Assembly (NCBI GenBank): GCA_041640655.1
Contig: JBEPZV010000007.1
Coordinates: 19,151 to 83,150, forward strand
DNA: 64,000 bases
From: a bacterium
Lineage (GTDB): Bacteria; Acidobacteriota; Blastocatellia; HR10
Direction: 5' to 3'
The notes beneath the pieces were generated by a model. That model was not told the DNA's origin and did not search any database. It was given only the letters and a program-made list of their open reading frames with translations. Position numbers and translations under genes: made by a program. This document shows, in pieces, positions 40,752 through 50,959 of this stretch; the stretch's first letter is position 1; each line of letters starts with the position of its first letter.

Positions 40752-43310
40752 TCAGCGTACCGCTATTGTCACGGCCCGGCCGCCGTCGGGGAATTTCACC
40801 CACACGATCCGTCGCACCGGATCGTAGCTCCATCCCTCGGCGCGTCGTTCCAGTGCCGCGAGGGTCTGAACCCGAACCAGCTCCTCTCCCGAGCGCAGGA
40901 CGCGCTCTGGTTCTCGCTCAACGGCCGTGATCCGCAATAAATACGCGCGCGAGGGCGGCATATAGCTCCCCTCCCGCCGACCGACTTCCACAACGATCCC
41001 CTCAGCTGACACCCGACACCCAAACCGCGTGCGCGCGTATCGGCCGCGCTGAAAGTCATCGCTCACGCCATCATCCTCGTAGAGCGCGCCCTCGCACACG
41101 CGCCCGGGGAAGACGTTGAGGATGAGCGGATCAACCGGCACCTCATCCACATATTGAACGACGGGCTGCATAGGAATGATCGCCCCACCGCGCACGAAGA
41201 TCGGCACGCGATCCAATGGGGCTTCGACGCGCGCCTGTCGCGGGCCGATGATCTTCTCGCCGGTCCAGAAATCGAACCATTCGCCCTCGGGGACATACAC
41301 CTCGCGCGAACGCGCGCCCTCCACGAGCACGGGTGCAATGAGCAGGTCGCGACCCAGTAGAAACGCCGTGTCTAACCGATAGGTTCGCCGATCCGCCGGA
41401 TACTCCAGGAACAACGGCCGCATCACGGGCACGCCCGTTCGCGCGGCTTCTTCGAAGACCGTGTAGAGGTAAGGCAGAAGCTGATAGCGCAGCTCAATGG
41501 CCTGGCGATTGAGCGCCTCATACTCGGGACCGAAGGCCCACGGTTCGCGATCCTGCGTCCCTTTCTGCGAATGCCCGCGACAGAAAGGGCTGAAGACGCC
41601 GGCCTGGAGGAATCGCGTGTACAATTCCGCGCTGGGATTCCCCGCGAACCCCCCGATGTCCGGTCCCGCGAACGGCTGTCCGGAGAGGCCGAGATTGAGC
41701 ACCATCGGGATCCACAGCTGCAGGTGTTCCCAACTGGCCGTGTTGTCTCCAGTCCAGGTGGCCGCATAGCGATGGCCGCCCGCATACGAAGCGCGTGTGA
41801 GGATGAAGGGGCGCTGACCGGGCCGAAGCCGTTTCAGGCCCTCGAACGTCGCCCGCGCCATGAGCAGGCCGTAGACATTGTGCACTCGGCGATGATCAGT
41901 GCGGCGACCGTGAGCTTCATGAACGGCCTCCAGCGCCATCGTGCGCTCCGTCAGCCGATCCGTCTCCACGAAGACGGCGGGCTCGTTCATATCGTTCCAA
42001 AATCCGTGAACCCCCGCTTCCACCAACCCCCGATACAGATCGCCCCACCACCGCCGGGTCTCTTCCCGCGCGAAATCGGGGAAGACGCACTCGCCCGGCC
42101 AGACGACGCCCGTGTAGAGCGAGCCATCCGGCATCCGGACGAAATGTCCGCCCTTGAGCCCCTCATCGTACACCCAATAGCCGGGCTCCCGTTTGATCCC
42201 CGGATCAATAATGGCGACGACCTTCATGCCGATCCGCGCCAGATCTGCAATCATCTGACGAAAATTCGGGAACTTCTGCGCGTCAACGGTGAAGCTGCGA
42301 AAGCCGTCCATGTAGTCAATGTCGAGATAGATCACATCGCACGGGATCCGGCGTCGGCGAAACTCCGCGGCGATCTCCCGCACGCGCTGCTCCGGTTCGT
42401 AGCTCCAGCGAGATTGCTGATAGCCGAGCGCCCATCGAGGGGGCAGCGGCATACGCCCCACCAGTTCCGTGTATCGCTCGAGGACCTTCTTCGGCTCAGG
42501 ACCGTAGAAGATATAGTAGTCCAGCTCACCCCCTTCGGCCCCGAATGAAAACCGGTCGCGCCGCGTGCCCCCCAGATCGAAGCTCGAACGATAGGTGTTG
42601 TCGAAGAAGATCCCGTAGCTGCGGCCTTGACGGAGCGCCAGCAGAAACGGGATGGATTGATAGAGCGGATCGGTCCCGCGCTGATAGCCGTAGGCATCTG
42701 TGTTCCAATTGACGTACACGCGACCGCGATGCTCAAGTGGCCCCGCCCGCTCCCCCAGGCCATAGTAATACTCGTCTGGCGGCATCACTTTCCAGACGCG
42801 CACGTCTTGTCCGTTCCACATCATGCCCGACCCCGGGGCCTCCGCCACGACAATCTCACCCCGCGCGTCGCGGATCGTTACTGAACAGGGGGATTTCCCC
42901 ACTTCGATGATCAGCTCCGACGTGATCAGGCGAATGTCGCTGCGGCTCTCCGCGATCTCGACGGGGACAGGGGGCCACTCGGTCTTGACGACGGCCCAAC
43001 TCTCATCAAGGCCCAGCACTCCTTCCGGTCGCATCCGAACGCGAACGAGATCAGCAGCGAGGACGGTGACCTGAAGCCGCGCGTTTTGACACTCGAGCGT
43101 CACCCCACGAGCTTCGCGCGTGACCGAGCGGGCCGAGCCGATCGTCTGCCAGCGCCCCGCTGCCGGGGGGACCGGGGCGAGCAGCACCAGCAGAATTGTC
43201 AGACTCAAGCCGAGAGAGACCCTCTTTCGCTCTCCCCCCACCAGATGGTGAAGTCCTCGCACAATCCTGACCCCCACACGGAGCGAGCATCGAAACGGTC
43301 GTCGCGTCAC
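40752..43310 (-). CDS. GH31 alpha-glucosidase, secreted
   Basis: YLDIDYMDG, FWNDMNEP (nucleophile), WTGDN (acid/base), PDIGGF. Start uncertain (GTG 43310 follows GGAGGAG). Confidence 0.92.
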   Translation of the reverse strand: MTRRPFRCSLRVGVRIVRGLHHLVGGERKRVSLGLSLTILLVLLAPVPPAAGRWQTIGSARSVTREARGVTLECQNARLQVTVLAADLVRVRMRPEGVLGLDESWAVVKTEWPPVPVEIAESRSDIRLITSELIIEVGKSPCSVTIRDARGEIVVAEAPGSGMMWNGQDVRVWKVMPPDEYYYGLGERAGPLEHRGRVYVNWNTDAYGYQRGTDPLYQSIPFLLALRQGRSYGIFFDNTYRSSFDLGGTRRDRFSFGAEGGELDYYIFYGPEPKKVLERYTELVGRMPLPPRWALGYQQSRWSYEPEQRVREIAAEFRRRRIPCDVIYLDIDYMDGFRSFTVDAQKFPNFRQMIADLARIGMKVVAIIDPGIKREPGYWVYDEGLKGGHFVRMPDGSLYTGVVWPGECVFPDFAREETRRWWGDLYRGLVEAGVHGFWNDMNEPAVFVETDRLTERTMALEAVHEAHGRRTDHRRVHNVYGLLMARATFEGLKRLRPGQRPFILTRASYAGGHRYAATWTGDNTASWEHLQLWIPMVLNLGLSGQPFAGPDIGGFAGNPSAELYTRFLQAGVFSPFCRGHSQKGTQDREPWAFGPEYEALNRQAIELRYQLLPYLYTVFEEAARTGVPVMRPLFLEYPADRRTYRLDTAFLLGRDLLIAPVLVEGARSREVYVPEGEWFDFWTGEKIIGPRQARVEAPLDRVPIFVRGGAIIPMQPVVQYVDEVPVDPLILNVFPGRVCEGALYEDDGVSDDFQRGRYARTRFGCRVSAEGIVVEVGRREGSYMPPSRAYLLRITAVEREPERVLRSGEELVRVQTLAALERRAEGWSYDPVRRIVWVKFPDGGRAVTIAVR

Positions 43311-43523
43311 GCCACTCCTCCCGCCCCTCCTCAGATGAGGGGCCATATTCTACCGCGCTCCCCGGATGACGACAACCGAGGGAGCATCCGCGGACCGGCG
43401 GGCGCCAGCGGCATCGAGGCGAGGGTTCCAGAACACCAAGCTGCGCGGCAGGGCGAATGCCGGTCCGACTCGATTTTTCCGCTCGCTCACGCTATGATGC
43501 TTCCCTCACCCGGGAACGATGCG

Positions 43524-43832
43524 ATGAAGACGGTGCAATGGATGGAAGGACAACGCGCCCTCCTCGCGCGACGGGCGGATAAAATGGTGCGCGTAGCGGC
43601 CATCTTGTTCCTGACGAGCTGCGCGCTGGCCCTCGGCGTCGTGATCGCGCGACGATGGGCCGATCATCCGGTGGGCATGTACATCGTATTCGGCATGGCG
43701 CTCCTCTCGGTCGCTCTGCTGGTGGCGGCTCTCGGCGTGATCCTGCCGCTGCCCTGGCTCATCCACCAGCTCAAGCAAATGGACGAGGTCATCGCCGAGC
43801 AACGGCGCCGCGAACTCTCTCACGGTTCGTAG
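43524..43832 (+). CDS. small two-TM hypothetical membrane protein
   Basis: Two clear hydrophobic helices. TATGAT (-10-like) upstream. Confidence 0.6.
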   Translation: MKTVQWMEGQRALLARRADKMVRVAAILFLTSCALALGVVIARRWADHPVGMYIVFGMALLSVALLVAALGVILPLPWLIHQLKQMDEVIAEQRRRELSHGS

Positions 43833-44191
43833 CCGAGGAGATCGGCCGAGAGCGCATCGCCCCGCTTCACCAGGTGGTGGAGAATGAGATGAACGTCCCG
43901 TGAGGAACCATAGAGCATGGGGAGCACATCGGCCAGGATCTTCCCATTCCCCTGCTCCGGCCCCCCGCGCGGATCCACTTCCAGGATGAGCGTATGGCGC
44001 GGAGACGTGGTCTCTTCGTCCGCGCCTTCAGCCTGCAAGAGCAACTCCTCGGGCACCTCCACCAGCCGCAAGAGCGCCTTGATCGCCGATTTGTTCGCTT
44101 CGTTCACGAGCCGCACGCGGAGCCGATCGCGAGCAAGGATGTCGGCTTCGGCGAGCGTGGTCGAAAGTGCGATTCGGACTCTCGGTCGCAT
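43820..44191 (-). CDS. hypothetical protein (123 aa)
   Basis: GAGGGAG SD before ATG 44191, typical composition, downstream of manC. Confidence 0.65.
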   Translation of the reverse strand: MRPRVRIALSTTLAEADILARDRLRVRLVNEANKSAIKALLRLVEVPEELLLQAEGADEETTSPRHTLILEVDPRGGPEQGNGKILADVLPMLYGSSRDVHLILHHLVKRGDALSADLLGYEP

Positions 44192-44277
44192 GGCTTCACT
44201 CCCTCTGCCCCTCGTCAGCTGCTCTCGGTGAGGAGCGGACCCGCCGTCGAGCGCGCGCCGCCGCTCCCTCTGCGCCG

Positions 44278-45363
44278 TCAACACAATTCCTCCCGGCCTT
44301 CGCGCCGCAACCGCTCCGGGAATTGACGCACGTCCTGCGAGCGCGCGAGATCGCCGACGAGCAAGACATCGGGCGTATCCACGATCATGACGCCCTCCAG
44401 CCCGAGCACGGCGACGAGCCGCCCCGTCTGCGAATAGATGAGCGAATCCCTCACATCAATGAGCACGGCGTCGCCGAGCGTGAGGTTTCGCGCCGCATCA
44501 TGATCGCGGGCGCGCAGTTGATGCACGGCCTGCCAACTGCCGACATCATTCCATCCGAAGGTCACCGGGAGGACGTAGATCGGTTCCTGCGTCTTCTCCA
44601 TGATGCCGTAATCAATCGAGATCGCCTCGACCTGACGGTAGACGGCCTCCAGCGTCGGCTCGTACGCGCCATGGCGCGCCCCTTCGTCCAATCGGGCGAG
44701 CGCTTCGGCCAAACGGGGCAGATGCTTCCGGATCTCGCGCAAGATGGTGCTCGTGGTGAAAGCGAAGATGCCGCTATTCCACAGATACTGTCGGCTGATG
44801 ACGTAGTGTCGGGCCGTCTCCAGATCGGGCTTCTCGACGAAGCGCTCTGCTCGGTAGACGGCCTGCCCGAGGACGGGCTCGCAGGCGGCGCCCTTGAGGA
44901 TGTACCCATATCCCGTCTCCGGGCGCGTGGGGGTAATCCCCAAGGTGGCGATGCCGCCAGCGCGGACGAGCGCGGCCGCCGCCTGAAGCGCCGTTCGGAA
45001 GGCCTCCTCATCAGAGACGAAATGATCCGAGGGCACGGCGATGAGCACCGCATCGCCCGCCTCGCGCTGCACGTGCCACGCTGCCAGGCCAATGCACGGC
45101 GCCGTATTCCGCCCCTCCGGTTCCACCAGAATCCGCACGGCTCGGCCCGAGAAGATCTCCCGCACCAGAGGCGCATGCTCCCGATTGGTGACGATCAGAA
45201 TGCGCGAGTCCTCGACCAAGGGAGCCACGCGCAGATACGTCTCCTCGATCATCGGACGTGGTCCCGTGATGCTCAGAAACTGCTTCGGTCGTCGCGCCCG
45301 ACTTGCTGGCCAAAACCGCGTGCCCGACCCACCGGCCATGATCACGATGTACGTGGCCTCCAT
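44278..45363 (-). CDS. manC: mannose-1-phosphate guanylyltransferase
   Basis: IMAGGSGTRFWPASR...PKQFL, EPEGRNTAPC, PETGYGYI, FVEKP, WNSGIF, ISIDYGIMEK, WNDVGSW. Confidence 0.93.
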   Translation of the reverse strand: MEATYIVIMAGGSGTRFWPASRARRPKQFLSITGPRPMIEETYLRVAPLVEDSRILIVTNREHAPLVREIFSGRAVRILVEPEGRNTAPCIGLAAWHVQREAGDAVLIAVPSDHFVSDEEAFRTALQAAAALVRAGGIATLGITPTRPETGYGYILKGAACEPVLGQAVYRAERFVEKPDLETARHYVISRQYLWNSGIFAFTTSTILREIRKHLPRLAEALARLDEGARHGAYEPTLEAVYRQVEAISIDYGIMEKTQEPIYVLPVTFGWNDVGSWQAVHQLRARDHDAARNLTLGDAVLIDVRDSLIYSQTGRLVAVLGLEGVMIVDTPDVLLVGDLARSQDVRQFPERLRREGREELC

Positions 45364-45556
45364 ACGCCGTCCCTCATCCTCCGAATTCTCCGGAAGAATC
45401 ATTTCACAGACCCGACGATGGGTCAATCATCGCTCTCCAAGAAAACCCGCGCCGAGCGGTGGCACAATGTTGAGAGAGAGGGCCGGCCCCTCTTCCCTTC
45501 TGGACAAAGGCGCCGGAGAGGATGTATCTTTTCTTCGGCGCTCTATGCGTGGGGGC

Positions 45557-45633
45557 GCGCCCGTAGCTCAGTTGGACAGAGCGTCGGCCTCCGGAGCCGA
45601 AGGTCGCTGGTTCGAATCCAGTCGGGCGCGCCA
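45557..45633 (+). tRNA. tRNA-Arg(CCG)
   Basis: GCGCCCGTAGCTCAGTTGGACAGAGCG-TCGGC-CT-CCG-GA-GCCGA...GGTTCGAATCC...CGGGCGCGCCA. Confidence 0.97.
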
Positions 45634-45730
45634 TCTTCTTTTCGCCCGCGGGCGTCGGTCGGTGAGGGACGCAGATCGCTGACGACTTTCGCTCAAGCCG
45701 CGCGGCGACATCGTGGAGGAGAAGGCACGC

Positions 45731-47089
45731 ATGGATGAAGACGGCATGTGTCGCCTCTGGCGCGAAGCCGCGCTGGAATGCCTCAACGCGGATTGCCGCC
45801 AACGATACCCCCTCACGGAGAAGCTCTTCCACTGCCCGGCCTGCGGCGATGTGCTCCAGATCGCGTATGAGCTGAGGGAGCGAGCGTCGGAGGCCGTGAG
45901 GGCACGTTGGCGCGAGCGCTGCCTCTCGGATGACCCGCTGGATCAAAGCGGCGTTTGGCGCTTTCGGGAATGCCTGCCGCCAATCGCCCCCGAATGGGTC
46001 GTCACCCTGAGGGAGGGAAATACCCCACTCTATCGCGCTCGCTTCGCCGCTCAGTACGCGGGCGTTCACGACCTCTTCTTCAAACATCTCGGCTTCAACC
46101 CCACAGGATCGTTCAAAGACTACGGCATGACGGTGGCCGTCAGTCAGGCGCGCGCGCTGAGGGCGCACGTCCTCATCTGCGCGTCCACCGGGAACACGTC
46201 GGCCTCAATGGCCGCGTATGCGGCGCGAGCCGGAATGCGCGCCCTCGTCCTCATCCCGAGTGAGCACGTCGCCCTGGGGAAGGTGGCGCAAGCCCTCGAA
46301 TACGGCGCGGTGACGCTGCAAGTCCGAGGAGCCAGCTTCGACACGGTCTTGCACCTGGTGCGCGAGCTGAGCGCGCGACCCGAGGTGTATCTCCTGAATT
46401 CTCTCAACCCCTTCCGGATCGAGGGTCAGAAGACGATCCTCATCGAGCTGCTCGATCAGCTCGGATGGGAAGTGCCGGATCATCTGGTCGTCCCCGGGGG
46501 GAACCTGGGGAATTCGGCAGCGCTCTTCAAGGCGATGGAAGAGCTCCGACACCTGGGATTGATCGCGCGCTTCCCGAAGCTGACGATCGTGCAGGCGCAA
46601 GGGGCGAGCCCGCTTGTTGATGCCGTCGCGCGAGGCGCGAAGCGGATCACGCCCGTCCCCCATCCGCGGACGCACGCGACGGCCATTCGCATCGGCCATC
46701 CGGTGAACTGGCGGCGAGCGCTGCAGGCCCTGGAGGCGACCGGCGGATTCTGCCTCGCCGTGAGTGAGGCGGAGATCGCCGATGCGAAAGCCGCCATCGG
46801 TCGTGACGGCATCGGCTGCGAACCCGCCTCGGCCGCCACAGTGGCCGGAATCAAGAAGCTGCGAGACCAGGGGAAGCTCGCGCCCACGGAGACGGTCGTC
46901 GCCTTGCTGACTGGCCACCTCTTGAAAGATCCCGAATACACCCTGCGCTATCACGAGGGGCAACTTGAGGACGCACTCACCGGACGTCGCATCTGCGGCC
47001 GCTTGGCCAATCCCCCGATTTCGGTGGAGCCGCGCCTTGACGCCATCGCCCAATACCTGTACGATGAAAATTTTCTGCACCGAAGGTGA
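45731..47089 (+). CDS. thrC: threonine synthase
   Basis: N-terminal zinc ribbon, LREGNTP, NPTGSFKD, CASTGNTSAS, PGGNLGN, EPASAA, LTGHLLKDP. Confidence 0.92.
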   Translation: MDEDGMCRLWREAALECLNADCRQRYPLTEKLFHCPACGDVLQIAYELRERASEAVRARWRERCLSDDPLDQSGVWRFRECLPPIAPEWVVTLREGNTPLYRARFAAQYAGVHDLFFKHLGFNPTGSFKDYGMTVAVSQARALRAHVLICASTGNTSASMAAYAARAGMRALVLIPSEHVALGKVAQALEYGAVTLQVRGASFDTVLHLVRELSARPEVYLLNSLNPFRIEGQKTILIELLDQLGWEVPDHLVVPGGNLGNSAALFKAMEELRHLGLIARFPKLTIVQAQGASPLVDAVARGAKRITPVPHPRTHATAIRIGHPVNWRRALQALEATGGFCLAVSEAEIADAKAAIGRDGIGCEPASAATVAGIKKLRDQGKLAPTETVVALLTGHLLKDPEYTLRYHEGQLEDALTGRRICGRLANPPISVEPRLDAIAQYLYDENFLHRR

Positions 47090-47100
47090 GGGGGATGACG

Positions 47101-47928
47101 ATGTTGCGACACCGAAACCTCGCGGTCCTCGGCGCCGGCAAAATCGGCGAGGCGTTGATTCGCGGCATGCTCGAGTCGGAGATCATCGAACGGGAGAACA
47201 TCATCGCGACGGCGAAGCATCAACGGCGACTCGACTACCTGGCCGAACACTACGGCGTGAAGACGACCCTCAATAACGCCCTGGCCGTCGAGCAGGCGGA
47301 ATTGGTCCTGTTGAGCGTCAAACCGCAAACGATGCGCGAGGTGGTGGAGGAGATCGCGCCGGTCGTCACTCCGCGACATCTGCTCATCTCCGTGGCCGCC
47401 TCCGTCCCCACGTCGTTCATCGAGAGCCTGCTGCCGGTCGAAGTCCCCGTCGTGCGCGCGATGCCCAATACCCCCTGCATCATCCGCGCCGGGATGACCG
47501 TGCTCTGCCGCGGACGTTACGCCACCGAGGCGCATTTGCAATTGGCCCGCTCGCTCTTTGACGCCGTCGGACGCACGATGATCCTCGACGAGGGGCACAT
47601 GGATGCGGTGACGGGGCTGAGCGCGAGCGGTCCGGCGTTCATCTACATCATCATCGAGTCGCTGGCCGAGGCCGGAGTGAAGGTCGGACTGGCGCGCGAC
47701 GTGGCCACGGAATTGGCCGCGCAAACGACGCTCGGCGCCGCCAAGATGGTGCTCGTCACCAATGAGCATCCCGCTAAGCTCAAGGACGCGGTGACGACCC
47801 CCGCCGGATGCACGATTGATGGCATCCTGGAGCTGGAAGAGGGGGGACTGCGCGTCACGCTGATCAAAGCCGTCGTCAAAGCGACCGAGCGCGCGCGCTG
47901 CCTCTTCCCCAATGGAGGGGCGAAGTGA
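47101..47928 (+). CDS. proC: pyrroline-5-carboxylate reductase
   Basis: LGAGKIG, SVKPQ, VRAMPNTP, TGLSASGPAF, VTTPAGCT. Confidence 0.96.
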   Translation: MLRHRNLAVLGAGKIGEALIRGMLESEIIERENIIATAKHQRRLDYLAEHYGVKTTLNNALAVEQAELVLLSVKPQTMREVVEEIAPVVTPRHLLISVAASVPTSFIESLLPVEVPVVRAMPNTPCIIRAGMTVLCRGRYATEAHLQLARSLFDAVGRTMILDEGHMDAVTGLSASGPAFIYIIIESLAEAGVKVGLARDVATELAAQTTLGAAKMVLVTNEHPAKLKDAVTTPAGCTIDGILELEEGGLRVTLIKAVVKATERARCLFPNGGAK

Positions 47929-49043
47929 GCGAGGGCGCTTTCGATGAGCACAGCCTCATGCATCTCTCCGAGCAGACCTCAGAGCGGCTCCGCGCGCGTG
48001 TGCGCGAATTGGCAGCCATACTCGTCCAGACGCCGACGCCGAGCGGCAACGAAGCAGCGCTCTACCCCTTCCTGACCGGCGTGCTCCAGGCCTGTGGGTT
48101 TCGCGTGGAGCGACAGATGACCTCCCTCGGACGCGAGAACCTCGTCGCCCGACGCGGCCAGAGCACGCTGCTCTTCTCGGCGCACGTGGACACCTACCCG
48201 GCCTACACGCATCCGGAGCCGTACCGTCTGCGACAGGAGAACGATCGGCTCATCGGGCGCGGCGTCGCGGATTGCAAGGGGCAGATCGCCGCTTTGCTCT
48301 GCGCCGTCGAGCTGGTGGAGGCGCCCTGCCAGATCGCCTTCGTCGTGGATGAGGAGCGCACGGCCCTCGGCTCGCGCGAGGTGCGCGTGGAGGCCGAAGG
48401 AGCGATCGTGCTCGAGCCCACGGAGCTGCGCCCGGTGATCGCACACGCTGGAGCCATCGAGTTGGAGGTCACCGTCTACGGACGCGCGGCGCATGGCAGC
48501 GCTCCTCACTGCGGCGAGAACGCCGTCCTGAAAGCCATGCGCGCGATCGAGGAGATCGGACGCTTGCCTTTCCTCAGTCAAACGCACCCGCTGTTCCCCC
48601 CGGCTCCCTGGGTGACCCTGGGGAAGATCGAGGGGGGATTCGATACGATGGTCGTCCCGAATCGCTGCAGCTTTCAAATGGATATTCGCATCCTGCCGGG
48701 CGTCTCCATTCGCGAGGCCTGCGAGCAACTGTTCGCACTCGCGGCGCAGCTCGGGGTAGAGCTGACGATCCTCGATGTCTCAGAACCATCGGAGGTGGCG
48801 GCGGACCATCCCCTCGTCCGAGCCCTTCAGACCGCGCACGAGGTGATCGTGGGCGAGCGTCCGACCCCCTGCGGCTATTACAGTTTCACCGACGCCACTC
48901 ACTATTTGCAGCGCGGCCTTCCCGCCGTCGTGTACGGAGCCGGAAGCCTCGGCGTCGCCCACTCTGACTACGAGTGGGTCTCGCTTCGAGAGTTAGAGAT
49001 CGCCGCTCGCGTCTTCGCCCACGTGATCGCTCACTGGGCGTGA
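47925..49043 (+). CDS. M20-family metallohydrolase (ArgE/DapE-like)
   Basis: AHVDT, GRGVADCKG, DEE, GRAAHGS, FTDA, AHSDYE. Confidence 0.88.
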   Translation: MSEGAFDEHSLMHLSEQTSERLRARVRELAAILVQTPTPSGNEAALYPFLTGVLQACGFRVERQMTSLGRENLVARRGQSTLLFSAHVDTYPAYTHPEPYRLRQENDRLIGRGVADCKGQIAALLCAVELVEAPCQIAFVVDEERTALGSREVRVEAEGAIVLEPTELRPVIAHAGAIELEVTVYGRAAHGSAPHCGENAVLKAMRAIEEIGRLPFLSQTHPLFPPAPWVTLGKIEGGFDTMVVPNRCSFQMDIRILPGVSIREACEQLFALAAQLGVELTILDVSEPSEVAADHPLVRALQTAHEVIVGERPTPCGYYSFTDATHYLQRGLPAVVYGAGSLGVAHSDYEWVSLRELEIAARVFAHVIAHWA

Positions 49044-49537
49044 GCATCCTCCTCAATCGGCTTGATCATACGCACCCACTCGCCGTGTTGCACACCGCAT
49101 TCTTCAAACCCAAGGCTCCGATACCACCGACGCGCGTGCCAATTGCGCTCCCCCACCCAGAGGCTCACATATCGGCGACCCCGCTGACGCGCATACGCGA
49201 TGGCGGCTTCTAAGAGCCTCCGCCCCACCCCCTTCCCCTTCCATTCGGGGTGGACGCAGATCTCGTGAATCTCTCCCGTCTCGCCTAAGCGTTTGTCCCA
49301 CCACTCGGCGTGAATGCTCACAAATCCGATCAACCGTCCCTCGACCTCAGCGACGAAGAATCCTTCCGGCTCGCCGCTGTAGAGCCAGTTCAAATAATTG
49401 CGGATGCGAAACGTGGTCGTATCCGCATACTCCTCCAGCCCCTGATACGCCTGCCGATAGACGTCCTCCAGTTGGTCGAGGTCTTCGACACGTCCTCGAC
49501 GCACGGTGATCGGCTGTGGTGCGATCGCCCTGATCAT
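49031..49537 (-). CDS. GNAT-family N-acetyltransferase
   Basis: ICVHPEWKGKGVGRRLL (acetyl-CoA motif), N..ARRWYRSLGF. Confidence 0.92.
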   Translation of the reverse strand: MIRAIAPQPITVRRGRVEDLDQLEDVYRQAYQGLEEYADTTTFRIRNYLNWLYSGEPEGFFVAEVEGRLIGFVSIHAEWWDKRLGETGEIHEICVHPEWKGKGVGRRLLEAAIAYARQRGRRYVSLWVGERNWHARRWYRSLGFEECGVQHGEWVRMIKPIEEDAHAQ

Positions 49538-49745
49538 ACTTCGAATCTCACCCCGAGAGTATTATCCTCCGCTCCCACACAGCAGGGCAATCGCGCGACA
49601 CCAAGCCGACAGGGGACCCCACGCAGTCAGAAGACTATGTGACGTTCCCCAACCGGGTATCGTCGAAAGAGGCGAGGAAAGCTCGTGGATGACGCAACAA
49701 CGGCCCCTCAGGTGCAGCACGCGAAGACCTGGAGATCGAACCAAC

Positions 49746-50156
49746 TCATCTTCGGAAGAAGGCGAAGAGAATGCCCACCACCGCCCCAATCTGCCCCACC
49801 CAAAACAGAAACATCCACTTGATCAACTCCGACCGCACCGACTCAATCTTCCCCATCAACTCCGAGCGCACCAACTCGATCCTCCCCGTCAACTCCGACC
49901 GCACCGACTCGATCTTCCCCGTCAACTCCGATCGCACCGACTCGATCCTCTCCACCAGCTCACTCCGCAACTGCCCAACCTCCGCCCTCAACTTCGATGC
50001 CTCCTCCGTCAACCGCCGCTCGAACTTCTCCTCCACCACCGCCACCATATCCCCACGAGCCGCCTCCGTCGCCTGATTGATCAACTGCACCAACGCCTCC
50101 GCCCCCTCCTCCCCCAACCTCTCCCGCAACGGCCTCGGAACTGTGATGATCGGCAT
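49746..50156 (-). CDS. coiled-coil protein with C-terminal TM anchor (DUF1640/LA_3696-like), copy 3, 136 aa, four 11-aa repeats
   Basis: MPIITVPRPLRERLGEEGAEALV head, IE(S/L)VRSEL repeats, IKWMFLFWVGQIGAVVGILFAFFRR anchor, GGAGG SD. Confidence 0.85.
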   Translation of the reverse strand: MPIITVPRPLRERLGEEGAEALVQLINQATEAARGDMVAVVEEKFERRLTEEASKLRAEVGQLRSELVERIESVRSELTGKIESVRSELTGRIELVRSELMGKIESVRSELIKWMFLFWVGQIGAVVGILFAFFRR

Positions 50157-50196
50157 CCCGACACCCTCCCTGTCAAAACTCCCACTCACACCACCT

Positions 50197-50541
50197 TCAC
50201 CGCCGGAAGAAGGCGAAGAGAATGCCCACCACCGCCCCAATCTGCCCCACCCAAAACAGAAACATCCACTTGATCAGCTCCGACCGCACCGACTCGATCT
50301 TCCCCGTCAACTCCGAGCGCACCGACTCGATCCTCTCCACCAGCTCACTCCGCAACTGCCCAACCTCCGCCCTCAACTTCGATGCCTCCTCCGTCAACCG
50401 CCGCTCGAACTTCTCCTCCACCACCGCCACCATATCCCCACGAGCCGCCTCCGTCGCCTGATTGATCAATTGCACCAACGCCTCCGCCCCCTCCTCCCCC
50501 AACCTCTCCCGCAACGGCCTCGGAACTGTGATGATCGGCAT
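50197..50541 (-). CDS. coiled-coil protein with C-terminal TM anchor, copy 2, 114 aa, two repeats
   Basis: Near-identical to copies 1 and 3 apart from repeat number. Confidence 0.85.
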   Translation of the reverse strand: MPIITVPRPLRERLGEEGAEALVQLINQATEAARGDMVAVVEEKFERRLTEEASKLRAEVGQLRSELVERIESVRSELTGKIESVRSELIKWMFLFWVGQIGAVVGILFAFFRR

Positions 50542-50581
50542 CCCGACACCCTCCTTGTCAAAACTCCCACTCACACCACCT

Positions 50582-50959
50582 TCACCGCCGGAAGAAGGCG
50601 AAGAGAATGCCCACCACCGCCCCAATCTGCCCCACCCAAAACAGAAACATCCACTTGATCAACTCCGACCGCACCGACTCGATCTTCCCCATCAACTCCG
50701 ACCGCACCGACTCGATCCTCCCCGTCAACTCCGATCGCACCGACTCGATCCTCTCCACCAGCTCACTCCGCAACTGCCCAACCTCCGCCCTCAACTTCGA
50801 CGCCTCCTCCGTCAACCGCCGCTCGAACTTCTCCTCCACCACCGCCACCATATCCCCACGAGCCGCCTCCGTCGCCTGATTGATCAATTGCACCAACGCC
50901 TCCGCCCCCTCCTCCCCCAACCTCTCCCGCAACGGCCTCGGAACTGTGATGATCGGCAT
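50582..50959 (-). CDS. coiled-coil protein with C-terminal TM anchor, copy 1, 125 aa, three repeats
   Basis: Near-identical to copies 2 and 3. AAGGAGG SD. Confidence 0.85.
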   Translation of the reverse strand: MPIITVPRPLRERLGEEGAEALVQLINQATEAARGDMVAVVEEKFERRLTEEASKLRAEVGQLRSELVERIESVRSELTGRIESVRSELMGKIESVRSELIKWMFLFWVGQIGAVVGILFAFFRR

